Source: Kudoa neothunni (lineage: Eukaryota > Animalia > Cnidaria). Taken from it: DNA of 64,000 bases. The DNA is taken from assembly GCA_964304625.1 (NCBI GenBank), contig OZ199838.1, positions 16,971,469-17,035,468 on the forward strand. The letters run 5' to 3'. Below are positions 1 through 13,675 of this stretch, in pieces (position 1 is the stretch's first letter; every line of letters begins with the position of its first letter). The notes below the pieces were generated by a model. It was not told the DNA's origin. It did not search any database and was given only the letters and a program-made list of their open reading frames with translations. Both the position numbers and the translations under genes were made by a program.

Positions 1-109
1 TTATTTGTGTGGTGACTAAATACACCCAATTGTATTTAGAATGATAAAATAAACTTTTTTTTTCAATTGCGTAAGATCAAAAAATTACGAACTAACCAAT
101 TTAACAAAT

Positions 110-164
110 TATTTCGTATCTTTGTGTGGTCTCGAAAGGATTACGGATGAGCGGTTCATTACTG
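110..164. mobile_element. Probable terminal inverted repeat end of a pogo/Tigger-like element extending left of the window
   Basis: Ends ...GGATTACGGATGAGCGGTTCATTACTG|TA, the CTG|TA terminus style of the other Tigger-like elements here. No partner TIR in the window. Confidence 0.35.
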
Positions 165-1959
165 TAGTTAAATTTAGTGTATCGAAAGCAACACATAAAC
201 CTAGAATACATAACACAGAGTTCGAAATCAATAATGGATTAGAATGAATTAGACGGCTCATAAATAAAGTCTTTCGAAACATTTGAAATCAAATATTTCT
301 ATAATAAGACATTAAATTTAAAAACAGGGATAATAACTGGTTTAGCCTCACAACTGTCTGTTCCTTTTCATAACATGTATTTTTTATATAAATTGAGTGC
401 AAAGCTTTATTTTGCCTTTAGGAATGGGTGTGACATATCGTTGTTGTATTTGCGAGATTGTGCGAAAATGATTTGAGCAGGGCAGCGCTAACTCTGGAGA
501 GGTTCATAAACGGGATAATCTCCAAATAATGGATATGTTTTCAAACTGCCAACTGATATCGTAAAAAACATTCAGAGAATTACTTTAATATCTTAATTTT
601 AAAATTGAGGGCTTATAATGATTATAAAATATTTATTACGTTTTAAAAATTAGATCGGATATTAAGAATTAGTAATATCGCGTAAATTACAACCTGCTAT
701 TTGTAATTAGGTCAACGCATTGGAATTATAGCAGTTTCTATTGCTAATTTTAACTAAAACAAAATTATTAATAAAATTATTTTGTCATAATTCCTGTGAA
801 TGTTAATTTTGATTTAATAAATGCCAGAAAAAGTTCAAAAATAATTGATTTTAAGTAATACTCATAGTCACTCTACTTTTCCGATGTCATCACTAAATGA
901 GCACCTAATGTCAAAGAATAATGAACTTAAAATATAAAAAGATAAGTTCACATTTAATACACGAATACAATAACCACATGTATATAAAGTCTAATATAGA
1001 ATCATATTGCTACTTATTATAAACTACTACAATTTTGATCGTCCAAATAAAAGTTTTGCAATTAACACCAAGTACTGATCAACCTCTTAATCGTTATGAA
1101 GTGATTGAAAAGATTAAATTGATTTGGTTTAAAAACCCGGAATTATTGTTAATATAAGTAATCTGATAGAGCTTACTTGAGCTAGAAGATAATGCTAACA
1201 AAACTTCACAATGGTAAAGTTAATAGGCATTGATAGTTTAGTAATATCCTTTAGAATGGATACTAGGATGTGTGCTCTTTGCAGTCGGCACAATCACGAG
1301 GAGTGTGGAAGAAGCCTCAGACAAGTAGGCTAAAAATTTGGTTGTGTCTATTTTGCCGAACGCGATTTTTCTACTGAAATAATAATTCAGTCTATCATTT
1401 TTTTCCAAAATTACCTTCAATGAATGCGAATTACACATTTAGTTTAATCTATCTTTTAATTAATAATTGAACATTAAATACACAGAGAATAATTTTTTCT
1501 CCTTTATAAGTATCGATATAAAATACTTTAAGTTTTTTGAGGCATCGATATATATTTCCCTAACACAGCTAATTTTATGTTGCATAGCATCGTGAACGAG
1601 TATAATAATCCGTTGAGTCCAGTTGTAACGTTGATTGCGTCGTGTAGAACCATTCTGGAGGGAGAGTCTGATCAAAAACTAATTATTCAGAAAATTATAT
1701 CAGTATCAAAAGTCGGCGATATATTTCCGAACCTTTAAAAATTTAAATTATTCAAGGATAAGTACCAAAATGGAACAACTTATGTTACTGAGACCGAGAT
1801 TCTAAAAAAATTACGACTGTCCTAAAAATTTGATAGAGACATGAATACTGATCTTGTTTATTGCGAGTAATCTTTTTTCTGTGCCCATGGTGATAAAACT
1901 GAAATTATATATACACACGTTGACGTGCTTAATTTTAATTCGGATATAAATTCAAAAAT

Positions 1960-2480
1960 AATGGAAGAAGAAAACCTAATATCCGTACATGTGGATGTGA
2001 TTTTTTCATTGCACTGCAAGTTCCCAAAAACATGAGCATTCTAATTTTTAGATAATTGGGAGTTTCAGCTGCAACTGAATCGGGCGTTTAAGGAATTTTT
2101 ACCCATTAATAAAAAATTGAATCAAGATAGCGTATATCATAAAAAATGTTCATTTCAAGATGACAATTTAAAACTGTATTGTAACTAACAATTCGGAATT
2201 GTATAATTCAACAAAAAGTTCTTACCCAAATACAAATATCGAAATATCGAACATTAATTCCAAGGCGTTTATATAAAAAATTTAACTAAAAAATTTCCCG
2301 AAATGATATTTATGGATACCACTTATAAATAAATCAACAACCGCATGACACTATATATGTTTGTTTATCGATTCCCTTGAGCATAGTCAAATAGGGGGTA
2401 TTTCTCTTATATCTAGGATGAATACCGTAATTGTGACTTGGTTATGCCATTATCTACTTAAAAATAATAAAGAAATATCA
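1960..2480 (+). mobile_element. Degenerate MULE-family transposase fragment
   Basis: 2290-2360 reads KKFPEMIFMDTTYK*INNRMTLYMF, matching the MULE first-Asp motif (FPEV.FMD.TYKTN...MPLY). Contains stops and frameshifts. Confidence 0.55.
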
Positions 2481-2501
2481 ACCAAAACAGTTTGCTTTGT
2501 A

Positions 2502-4144
2502 CAATAGGTAACCAACTTTTCGTAATTCCCTCGGGACCATGGGAAAGTTTCTGAAAATGCGTCAGTAACGTATTTTCCGTAACTTTCTGGGCACGTAAAC
2601 ATAAAAAAATATACCTATTTCAAAAGAAATTAATTTCATTAATACATTCATCTCCTTTTACTAAAATAATGTTATTTTTATTTATATTTTTAAAGACGTA
2701 TGTCGTAATTTTATCATCTTAACTCACTATTTCGTCTATATAATCAATTCCTCTCTGTCATATATTTATTCTGCTTGTTTAAATAATTAGTTACATCTTT
2801 TTCCGATATAAATTCTGCCACTCCTAAATCTTCAGTTTCAGAATCCTCTGATTCAACAATCAAAGGAGCAAGCTCGTCAAAATATTTTGATGTAGGAATA
2901 ATGACTTCTTCATGAATAATCTCGGAATTTTTTTTTGACAATTCCTGATTGCTTAAATTAATGTTTAATGAATGTTCTTATCTATCGGCTGCAGGAAACT
3001 CATATTTTCTAAACCAGTTAAATACAATATCCTTTGAAATACCATCTCATTATTTATAATTAGGAACAATGTTTGGAGCATACCTTGGTAGGATGTATTT
3101 ATATCATTGCTAACTGCAGCAATATGGTTTACTATTAAATTATTTTTGTAATTTAATAAGAATGAGAAAATGATTTCATGGTCTAATAGTTGCAAAACGT
3201 TAGTTAAATTGTTTTAAGGAATATAAGAGAGATGTTGGACGAGTGAATTTCGACTTGGCAAGTGGCATTATTAAGAAGTAGTAAACTCTCTTGTATTTCA
3301 TTTTGAATACATTGTCAAAATTAGAAGGATATTCGTTAAATGTTTGCCTAATCATCCATTCTTTCCTGTTTGATTTGTATTTTACTAGAAATGTTTTATT
3401 TAGCATTTTTAAAACAACATGATTTTCGTGGTTTCCAATCACAAGAGATTCAATGCAACCTCCAGGCGTAGATGCACGTCGCATAACAGTAACTATTTTT
3501 TAGATTTTTTTCTTTCGACAAAACAGCATTAAAAATAATAGATCTCTATGTTGTTAGTAAAATAGTGTAGTTTCGTCAAGGTTATAGATACAGTCACCGT
3601 TGTTACCTTTGATTTTATCATTTATTTTAGATTACAAATTTTCGACAAAACTTTAATGAACTGAAGCAATGATATTTTTAAAATAAATTGTGCTTTAAAA
3701 TCACGAAATCAATCAAGGGTCATTACTACGCTTAGGTTCAATTATTTTGTCAATTGGTTTGTTTCATGTATGATATCATGATCAGATAGCTCAATTTTTT
3801 TATCTCAAATAATTCACTTAGTCATATACTATAGTATCGATGTCATTATTTGAACACTGTTTAAAATTTTTTCTCTCTGAAGAAGTCAATCCAGTTTATA
3901 AGATAAAACTATATCATTCTTCCTAATCAAGATGATATCTAGAGTAGTAATAGAAAGGAGCTTAAATTTACTAAAAGTAGTATTTTTGCACTCCGGTTTA
4001 GTATACTTTAAAAAAATCAATAAATTTATGTTTTATTTTTATTATTTCCTCATGTTTAACTTTTTCAGATATTATAAATGTAAAAAAAGCACATCACTAA
4101 ATCCGCCTAGCGCTGAAAATTTACGGAAAATCGGTTAAGCACTA
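2502..4144 (-). mobile_element. Decayed pogo/Tigger DNA transposon
   Basis: DDE_1-like fragments (GGCIESLVIG, VKYKSNRKEWM, MSFLQP). Degenerate TIRs: CAATAGGTAACCAACTTTTCGTAA vs reverse complement TAGTGCTTAACCGATTTTCCGTAA. Confidence 0.75.
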
Positions 4145-7100
4145 ACAATGTGAAAACCACCATTTCTAAATGTCCTATTTTCAAAATTTTTGTAAATTAT
4201 TATTAAAACAAAAAAATAAAATCGAATATATAGTTTAAAATATTAAAACAATATTCTAATGGAAGGAAGTCCGAAGTTACCAAAAATCAGATAACTACTG
4301 TAATATACAAAGACATGATTGAATGAAAACCTATAAAATCTCTTTCCTCAATGTTACTACAACCTTATATCCAAATCATATAGTAAGAATTTTCGTGGGA
4401 GAAATCTTTAAACTGAGGATGGTACTAACAAAAATTGAAGTAAAAACTATTTTGAAATTGATTCGGAATTTACCTTGATGATGATGATGATGATGATCCA
4501 ACAATTTATAAACAGAACCATGAAATATTAAACATGTAATACACTAAAAATCACTAATTATTGTAATAAGTCTTGGGATCCAATAAAACATGAAAGATGT
4601 CCGGCATAGATAAAACTAAAGGGGGGTCCTTTTAAATAGGATTAATAATATATAAAAATGCATAGCTTCCAAGATTAAGTAAATCATAATAAAATTCTCA
4701 ACAAGGTGGGTTAATAGGTTAATTTCTTATTTATTTACCAAGTATGAGAACTGAGCGGGAGAGTGAAGCAGTTAGAGAGCTGACAGTCCAAACTATTGAA
4801 AGGGTAAACTTAGATACTAACATAAGATACAACGCATCATTAACGTTATATTAAAATATATTACGTATGTCGAAATAAATAATTAAATAGAATTTTATTT
4901 CAATAATTGCATATGTTACTTCTACGTAGGTATGGAGTAACCATGTAGACATACTATCTCTACTAAAAAGAAAATGAATATCGATTTATTTGACAGATGA
5001 ATTTGTAATAGGATGTAGCACAAGAAATATTACATACCATTAATTCAGATGTCCAAAGATATAGATATTCAGAATGATTTGTGTCGTGTGCAGCCAGCTA
5101 TTACAGAAACTTCGAGTCAATTCTCTGTTCCTAGTTCTACATTTAAGCTACATAGAAAGTTAAAATTCTTTGTAAATAAGCATCTTCATTAGGGTCTGAA
5201 AAAAGGGGTGTCAATATGATTAATTAAAGAAGAATATAGATGAATTAATCGTGTTTATTTTCAATGGGGTTTCTTTGGATAATGTATCTAATTTTTTCCA
5301 CTCTTCATATATCAACTCAATTTAATTTTAATTTACGTCTGAAACTATTATCAGCCACAATCAAGAAATCTCAAATCTTAATTATGATAATAATCAAGTA
5401 GTAAAATCTTTATTTTGTGGTTAGTTACTGTGGAATCACAAACAAAGAGTGTCGATGTACAAGAAGCAGTTCGAGATAATGACGGATCATCAATAACTGA
5501 TATGGAAATATTGAATTTTGTGAATGAGTCTACAGCTAAATATCCATCTTTGAAAGTTGTGTGAAATTTATTCATGTTGCGAAACACAAAATTATAGGAA
5601 TAAAAATGCCAACATTAGTGAATTTGAGGGGTTAATTAATAGATGTATTACAAAAAAATATCGGTTTGGGAAAAAAGAAAATTTTTATTATTATAATGAT
5701 ATTGATATTGATATTACAAAAATGTAAATATATTGGCTTCAAAAATAATTTTATGTGAAACTAGCGCTAATGCCTAGCTTTGTCTGGTACAGTGTGTTGG
5801 GAAATTTTAACTTTCAGTTTTATTTTTGAATGGAGAAATTCCACATAATATCTAATATAAATTACACGTTAAACCCTGTAAATTTTATTTTTCTAATTTA
5901 ATTTATGTGTTTTATAGCTTGTCATTATTTTTGCAACGTGATGATTTAGAAAAACTAAATTATGCGCACACTTTCTATTCAAATATAAATAGAGGTATTG
6001 TGGAAATTAATGAGTATTTTTAAGTTTATTTTACAAATTATTGACCAAAAATATGGTTATTTTAATTTTTATAGCGATATAATTAACGATTAAAGTTCAT
6101 TTATTTGTTAAACAACTTAAATAAGACTTTCAGTTCTTTTCAAAATTTTGCGATAAAAATTAATCCTTCTTCTTATTAAAGGTACTATTAATCTACAAAA
6201 AAAATACAGTCGACCTAAGGCGTGTGAGAAATAAAAATATTAATTGTTACTCTTTTTTTCAATTTTATAAAGGATGTTAATGAAGTTTTAATAATCTGTG
6301 AGTGGTAACTTACGTATTCACTATTTTAACATAATTTCATCATTTTCAAATAAATTAAACCTTCCTTTTTACCAAAAATACTTACTGGTTAAAATGTATA
6401 CAAATTTAGCTAACAAAACATGATTAAATCTAAAATGTAAAGGTGTTTTTGGTTTGAAAAATTATGGTAATGCGTAAATTTCAACTGGTTTTATCGAAAA
6501 GAGTGCACCCTTTAAAAATAAACGTACTGTTTGATCGCCCCAAAAAATTCCTTTTTATTTAACTATTCTTAGATTAACGAAAACTTGGTGGAAATATCGG
6601 TTAGATCTAATAAATCAATAATTTATTATTAACTTACATGACACGAGTTGAGGTTGAGAGGGGAATGTATTTTTTGCAAAAGTAATTGTGAATATAAATT
6701 CTTAAACTACGTATAGAATGAGATGTCGCGTACTTTCATGCAATTTTTATGTCATAATGAATTATTTTTAATGAATAGAAAATTATATATTGATTTGAAC
6801 ATTAACCTTAAGGTTTTGGGGATAAGGAATATTTAGGTTATTAAGAATTTAAACTTTATTTAAAAAATTATCTCATTAAATATAGAAACTCATAAAATTA
6901 GTTGTCAGCTGTTTTTCAAGAAAGTTGAGGAAAACCAAAAATGAGTAAAAATTTATCAAAAAGACGAATATAGTTTGTATCTCAATCGATATATTTGTTA
7001 TAAAGAAATTTTCATTTGAGAAGTTTCCACAAAAATTTAATTATTTTTAAACTCTACACACATCTCACATTGTTTTTAGAATGCGTATAGAAACCCAAAT

Positions 7101-7339
7101 TATTCCAACATTGCAACAAATTGTAATATCAAATTATGTGTTCTATTTAAAATTATCATTATCTTTTTCGCTTAACTATATCCATAACGCTTCTAAAGAG
7201 AAAATACATCCCAAATAACTTGTTTATGCTCCAAATAGACATATGTAACAATTCTAAACATTATACATCATAATTATAAAAAAAATTTTTATATGTAATG
7301 AGTAAAAGTTCATTATAATTGATTATTACTCTAAAGTAA

Positions 7340-8790
7340 ACAAACATTATATATTATATAGATGCTTTTTAATCCGCTATTTAAATGAACAACCAGAACA
7401 TTCATTACTTTTGATAATGATATTGATTATTCTTACATTTCAAAGTGTATGAACGATTTTTATTAATGGTATCATCTATTCAAATTATATTAAAACCTGT
7501 ATTTAATAAAGTTTCTCCGTGGTCCATTCGCACTGCTGCAAACACACACATTAACAGGTATAAAAACTTTATATTATATAATAGATTACACAATACTAAT
7601 TATTTATAAATTAAAAAGTATAGATTACCCAATATTTCATCAAATTTCAGCGGTATATAAACCATTTTGTAGGAATATTTATTTGATTATAAAAATTTTA
7701 AAATATTAATTGATTAAATAGTTATACACTACCATGTTTTCATATCAAATGTTTATGTAAAAATTTGATATACATAAATAAGCCCATAGATTAATGAAAA
7801 TAAATTTATATTCTGCATTTATAACAAATACTTTTTTAGAAATGATAAAGATGGGATTATCATTATTTCGGGTTGGGGACGCACAATCGGTAAAATAAAT
7901 AACTCCTAATAATTTAACTTTTTTACAATTACTCATATAAATTTAATGAAATTTAAGTTCAATAAAAATGTCACCAGAGGCTTTTACAACCGAACTAAGG
8001 AACAGTTATCGATCAAGCTTTTCTAAGTTATTAACTTATGTGTGTATTAAAAGAAAAATGGACGTAAATAATTATTTCATTTAGAGTAAACCTAGCTAAC
8101 CTGTATCTATAGTGTGTTGTAAGTGTTGACGAAATGATGAGGCGTTTCGACCAACAATTAGCTGAAATATTGACTCCACTATCCGTTTGCAAATACGAAG
8201 TTTGCTGTAAAGACAACGAGGGTAAAAAGTCATCGTTGAATAATAATTATTTGAACTCATTTCAATCATAGTGATTAATATGAAAGGTGATTATCCTCGA
8301 TGCTTAATGTGCCTGGTACACCTATAATAATAATAATAATAATAGTTTAGCTTGGTTAACGGCTGATTGTATAGTTTTCTACATTTTGGACTAATGCTAC
8401 AAGGAATAAAGAAACGATCGAGGCTGTAGCTGATTACTTTTGTCTCCATACGAAAGGAAAAATAGAAAAAGAATACGTAAAATATTTATGCGTTTTTTTC
8501 GGAAATTTATTGAAAAACGTTAAGTGCCGCTTCTCAATTATATCTTTATTCCAATATCAGCGCTCTCTTGTGAAAAGCCATGATTACCATGATACATGTT
8601 ATCACATGCATATCTGCCCAGAAATCATATGTGACATCACTGAGGAGAGTTGGTAAGTTGGGAAATAAATCAATATGCCCTAACTAACACATCATAATCA
8701 ACAACGTTACTGTTAAACGACTAAAATTCTCTCAATAAATCAATGAACTGTTACACTACATTTCGTCTTTATGCCAGGAATGGCTGAGCT
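7340..8790 (+). other. Probable multi-exon gene or pseudogene of unknown function (Cys/His-rich exons)
   Basis: Exon-like segments joined by GT-AG introns, e.g. 7968-8063 (MSPEAF...KRKMD), intron 8064-8112, then CVVSVDEMMRRFDQQLAEIL...CCKDNE, VINMKGDYPRCLMCL, and RSLVKSHDYHDTCYHMHICPEIIC. One junction could not be put in phase. Confidence 0.35.
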
Positions 8791-8985
8791 AATTGATACG
8801 CACGTACAAATTTATTTCAATTTTTAAAGTAATTCAACTGTTAAAATCACCCAATACATTACAGCTGCTATATTTTCACATGCATTTACTCGATAAACAT
8901 GAGCATCAATAACAACTCAAAAAATTCCGTTAAATTTTTAAAATCAGATAAGATAACTAAGTTCTTAACGAGTAAATTAGCTTTT

Positions 8986-9669
8986 TATGAGAGTGATTGC
9001 TCCATAACGACGATATCGTTAGTATCCACGTCTAATTGTCTCATTTCTTAGGAATAACAAACTATTCGTAGACTTTTCTCTCTTCTATCGTCAGTTTATT
9101 TTTACAAAATTCAATAACACTAAAAATATCATCGATCCAGCGATTAGTCCCTTGGTGATGGTGTTGATTTTCTACTGCAAATTTTCAATGCATTCGCTAG
9201 AAAAGTCTTCCTAGAGATTCAACTGTGCTTTGAGAGAATTTAGTTAATCTAATTTGATGATCAGTCGTTAGCATTCATCCTTTTCAACAATCACGCAGAT
9301 AAAGCAATCATTCCAATCCATTTAGTAAGGATTCGGTGTTTACTATGCTCTTAATAGATTGCTCGATTTGTTTTCTAATTTAAGAGACGACGATTCCAAG
9401 GTATTTAATAGAATTTTAGAATTCATTAATCTTATTTTTTCGCTAACGAAATAAATTTCTACCTAAATCTAAATCACAATAAAACTACTGTTTAAAAAGC
9501 ATTGTTAAAAACGCCCATAAATAGATGGAGGTTCCTATTTTGTCGGTAGCCACCAAACTATCATCTATCAAACTTCACACGACTTATTTCACGAAATTAC
9601 TTATACATAGAAGAGCTCCATTGTTTGTTTTTTTTCTTATAAAATTAATCCTTTACGATGAAAGTACAT
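8986..9669 (-). pseudogene. MND1: MND1 (meiotic nuclear division 1, Hop2 partner) pseudogene
   Basis: Minus-strand pieces RKGLIL*EKK, QTMELFY, VK*VV*SLIDDSLVATDKIGTSIYLWAF and TNRWIDDIFSVIEFCKNKLTIEE match Mnd1 motifs (KKGLS.EEK, SVKEVLQSLVDDG.V..EKIGTS.YYWAF, ANRWTDNIF). At least six in-frame stops, frameshifts and an apparent deletion after MELFY. Confidence 0.85.
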
Positions 9670-9945
9670 TTGTTTGATAGTGCGTTATAACAACACTCTC
9701 CTTTACCTTAATTTATATTTAATAAATAATACAAAAATAACCAACAAACAATTCAGCCAAGAACATGAGAATTAGGACGGTTTAATAAATAGGTGCATAA
9801 CATTCGTTCGTATAAATTTCGCTCGATCGCGTTCTTTTAAAATTTAAAAGTATTTCAGAATTCTGAACTACTTCGTAATTTGATCGTGTTACTCTCATAC
9901 AGTGAGAATAGGGAATTGAAAAAACCGAATTTATTGAGTAATCTA

Positions 9946-10545
9946 CAGTCGAACCCGGATATTGCGTAATTTTTTCCCATTCCCCAAAAATTACGCAATA
10001 CAGGGGATTAATGCAAGCGCGTTATGTACAAAAAACAAAAATTTATTGGGGTTTAAACTAACTGGTAATTTCATTTTGTTTGCATAATTTTCGGATTATA
10101 TCAAATATGAACCCCATAACTTTGTGTTTTGAAAATACTTCTGCTGAGTTTTCTAACAAAAGTTTTCTGATTAAATTAATTGATTGTTTGAATTCCGTAG
10201 TTGATACAAGCGCATCCTCTTTTGCAAAAGTTGGATCGGAATTTTGTTGAAATTTATCATCTGCATACCCTTCAGGTAAAGCTATGGATTCCTCATGTAT
10301 TTTCCCCTCTTCTTCAATATTGTTGGTTTCGTCATATTTTAATCAAAAAATTAATGTTAATAAACAACTAAATAGTTTGACTAAATTTTCAACATTATTC
10401 TCAGGAATATCTAGAGCTAAATTTTCATTATCTATTAATTAATCTTTAATTTGGTATATTGTTATATCAAAGTACAATATTCAAAAATTCTATATTTTCT
10501 TAATCAGGTTTGAATTATAGTCGATGATACGGTTTCCCATGCATG
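9946..10545 (-). mobile_element. 3' fragment of a pogo/Tigger element
   Basis: TA|CAGTCGAACCCGGATATTGCG terminus at 9946. Minus-strand NHAWETVSSTII matches the C-terminal DDE_1 motif AW..V...TI. Confidence 0.6.
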
Positions 10546-10938
10546 ATTCAAAGTTTTAATAAAACCAAAATGAAATACTTAATTAATCCTCTAAGTGAAC
10601 TAGGGATCATTTGGAACCCAAACGAGATTGTCATCCCGTTTTCTCAGTCATTATATAATACTTAGTATCCAAATTTCTTCTATTCTCATAAAACACATTC
10701 ATTTTTAGAGGAATTAAATTGTTTGAATTTTCATGTGTCAACAAATTTTATAACAAAAACATCTTCGGAGTATAATTGAGGCCCAAATGGACCCCAGAAG
10801 TTTTGTTGATATTTTAAAAATATTATGATTTTAATTAATTTTTAAATGGAAATTGGTAATGAGGAGTGTGCGGCCCCCATTTGTCACCTTCTTGCGCATG
10901 TCCAACGATCCCGATTTCAGTATAAATCAATTATTCAC

Positions 10939-13675
10939 GGTAATGGTAAAGTATGTGACTCCAGAAAAACGCCATCTTCCGCACGTTTTTTCCCGTTTTT
11001 TCTTTTACGATTATCAATAATAAATTAAAAGGATATCGAGTGCAAATTAATTACTTCTAAATTTTTGCCTAATTCCCATTAGGCAACAGTCGGATACACG
11101 TGTAATCTACATCGTTTTGCAATGAACACCGGAAAATAGCTTATTATTTGCTTATTTCACAAATTATCCAAAATTTATATTTTATATTATTTTTATTAGC
11201 AACGGTATTAAATTTTCCTGCATTTGTTTATCACGCGGAAACGGCTATAATGGAGCTTTTAAGTTTTAGAGGGGACGATGATTTTTTTTGCTTAATTAAT
11301 GACTATGATAGTTTTTTTACACCTTATTATCAAGGGGCTATCTAAAAGCTGCCCCTGAAAGATGTTTTAAGTGTTGGAATTATAAAACTTTCGTTTTAAA
11401 AAAGAGAAAAATAAATGTAAGGAGACCAATGACCGTTGCTTCGTATTACGATAGAAACAACATTGATTACTCCTTCACTTACAACTGTAAAAAGTACTGA
11501 TCTTCTGTGAAATAACGACTTAATGTAATTAAGATGTAAAACTAGCGTTTCCCCTCGAAATGGTACCTTTTTCTCTATGGGCTCCGTTACCTCAACGACA
11601 AAATTAACTATAAAAAAATATTTAAAATACTCTATTATTGGTCGATGGACAATACCATCATGTCGACCTGTAAGATGATAAATATTTCCAAACCTACCAC
11701 TTCTTCATGGTTTTACAAGATTAGAAAAATATACATATCGAGTTTTGATTTTGAGGAGCGGCAAAAATTTGGTGGAGAAGATTACATCATTGAAATAGAT
11801 GAGACTCTTCTCCACGGCAAGAGGAAGAATAATGGGGGGGGGGGGAGATACTTAAAAGGGGACAAGTGGAAAGTTTCATCGGATAAAGAATTTATTGTAC
11901 CGAGTAGTAATTTCTATCAACTCAGATTCTTGCCACTTCCACTGACTATATTTTAATGCAACAGGAAATGATGATATGAGTGATGGCGAATATTCGCCAT
12001 CCGAGGTCGAATTTTCGGATGAAACTATTGATGGTTGTTTATCACAATATTTTGCCTCTTAAATGAAATAGGAGACACGAGAAAGAGACGGGAGAGATAC
12101 GGAGATCGTGTAGACGGCCCTTGGGTTTTCGGACTTTGTCTTTGCAAGATATGCGACGATGGGAAAAGGCAACTCATGGAAGTCCGTTATGTCTACGTTC
12201 AGAAAAGAGACCGGGGAACTCTTATTCCAATCATCCAAAATGAGGTTCTTAAAGGATCTACCATTTGTAGTGATGAATGGAGAGTCTATAGTAACCTGAA
12301 TTCACTTGGTTACAGTCATATAAAAATTAATCATTCAATTGAATATGTCAGGGACGGTTCCCATACAAACACCATAGAAGCTTGTTGGGGGAGACCTAAA
12401 ACAAAGTTTCTCCGAATTAAACGGGGTGTTTCATTCAATAATTTGTCCGAATATTTGTGCGAAGAACAGTTCCAATCAATTATGGGAGAAAAATTTCAAC
12501 TCTTAAATAATATACTAACAAAAATTATGTTACCGTACTAATGTAGTTATTAATAAGTCTATCACATTTTATTTATATGCGTTTTTATTTGTTGTATTTA
12601 ATGTAATAAATGTCAGAGGACGTGTAATTAGAAATTTTATACTAGAAGTTAGATATGTAAATAATAAATTTTTTGTGTTAAATTTTTCGAGTAAAAATAA
12701 ATCAGGTTAATTGTAATTTATTTTAAACGAATACATTTGATAGTTCCATTCACTGGAATATTAAAATTGGGAGAAAATATTAGTGAATAAAATAAATATT
12801 CATATAGAAAGTGCTATATTAATATTAGTAAGAAAAATTGAACGTATGGATTTTCATACAACTGGTCATAAGTTCAATATATTGAATAACACTTCAACTG
12901 CGCGTTCATAGCACAGTAGTTGTTGCAAAGAATAATGTTGACATAAAAAATAAACTAAAATTATAAATTATTTATTTTCAAAGCTAAATTTTATTTTTGT
13001 CAAAATAAAAAAATTAGTAATGTAAATAAACTTAATACTTTAGGTCGTATTAAATAAAGAAATAAAAAAATGCGCGATTTATTATTTCTAAAATTTTTAT
13101 AATTTAATATTTTTAAATAAACTAAATACATATTAAAATATTTGTTATTAATGTCTTTCTTCAATTTTGTAGCCAAAAATATCAATATACGATTAATATA
13201 ATTATTGTCAGTTCCAATTTCGCGAGTAATTGGTGTATACAAATTTTTTCACTAATAACAATGTACAAATAAAAATTTATAGACAATTATAGATGTGACT
13301 AAATGTTTGAAAAGTTAATTTGACATTTAGGAATAAAGATAGATGACACAATATTTCTTAATATTAGATAAGCTTATTTAGAAGGTTTACTAGGCTAAAT
13401 TTGGTATGCAAAGATTAAGAAAATTTAAATAATGGTTATAATGTATTAATCAGGATAAAACATGCAAATAATAAGCTATTTTCTGATGTTTATTGCAAAA
13501 TGATGTAGATTACACGTGTATCCGACTGTTGCCTAATGGGAATTAGGCAAAAATTTAGAAGTAATTAATTTGCACTCGATATCCTTTTAATTTATTATTG
13601 ATAATCGTAAAAGAAAAAACTGGAAAAACGCGCGGAAGATGGCGTTTTTCTGGAGTCACATACTTTACCATTACC
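10939..13675 (+). mobile_element. Merlin (IS1016/IS1595-like) DNA transposon with ~213-bp TIRs
   Basis: Long inverted repeats at 10939-11151 and 13464-13675, starting GGTAATGGTAAAG, enclose a Merlin-type transposase. Confidence 0.92.
11250..12541 (+). pseudogene. Merlin transposase, intron-containing, frameshifted at the 5' end
   Basis: Motifs IEIDET, GKRK, WVFG, SDEWR.Y, INHS, HTNTIE. Predicted introns 11907-11964 and 12034-12071 join the two track ORFs in frame, and 11494-11533 restores CKKC. An A7 run near 11612 and upstream lesions break the frame. Confidence 0.85.

Noticed and set aside
380-1830. Possible extremely decayed Tigger remnant
   Set aside because: Only a faint QPL-like resemblance, which is too little evidence.
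8986-9669. Stop-codon reassignment (several MND1 TAA/TAG stops fall at expected Glu/Gln positions)
   Set aside because: The two >1100-codon ORFs and the NTPDase contain no in-frame TAA/TAG, gene A ends in TAA at the same residue where B ends in TGA, and MND1 also has frameshifts and a deletion.
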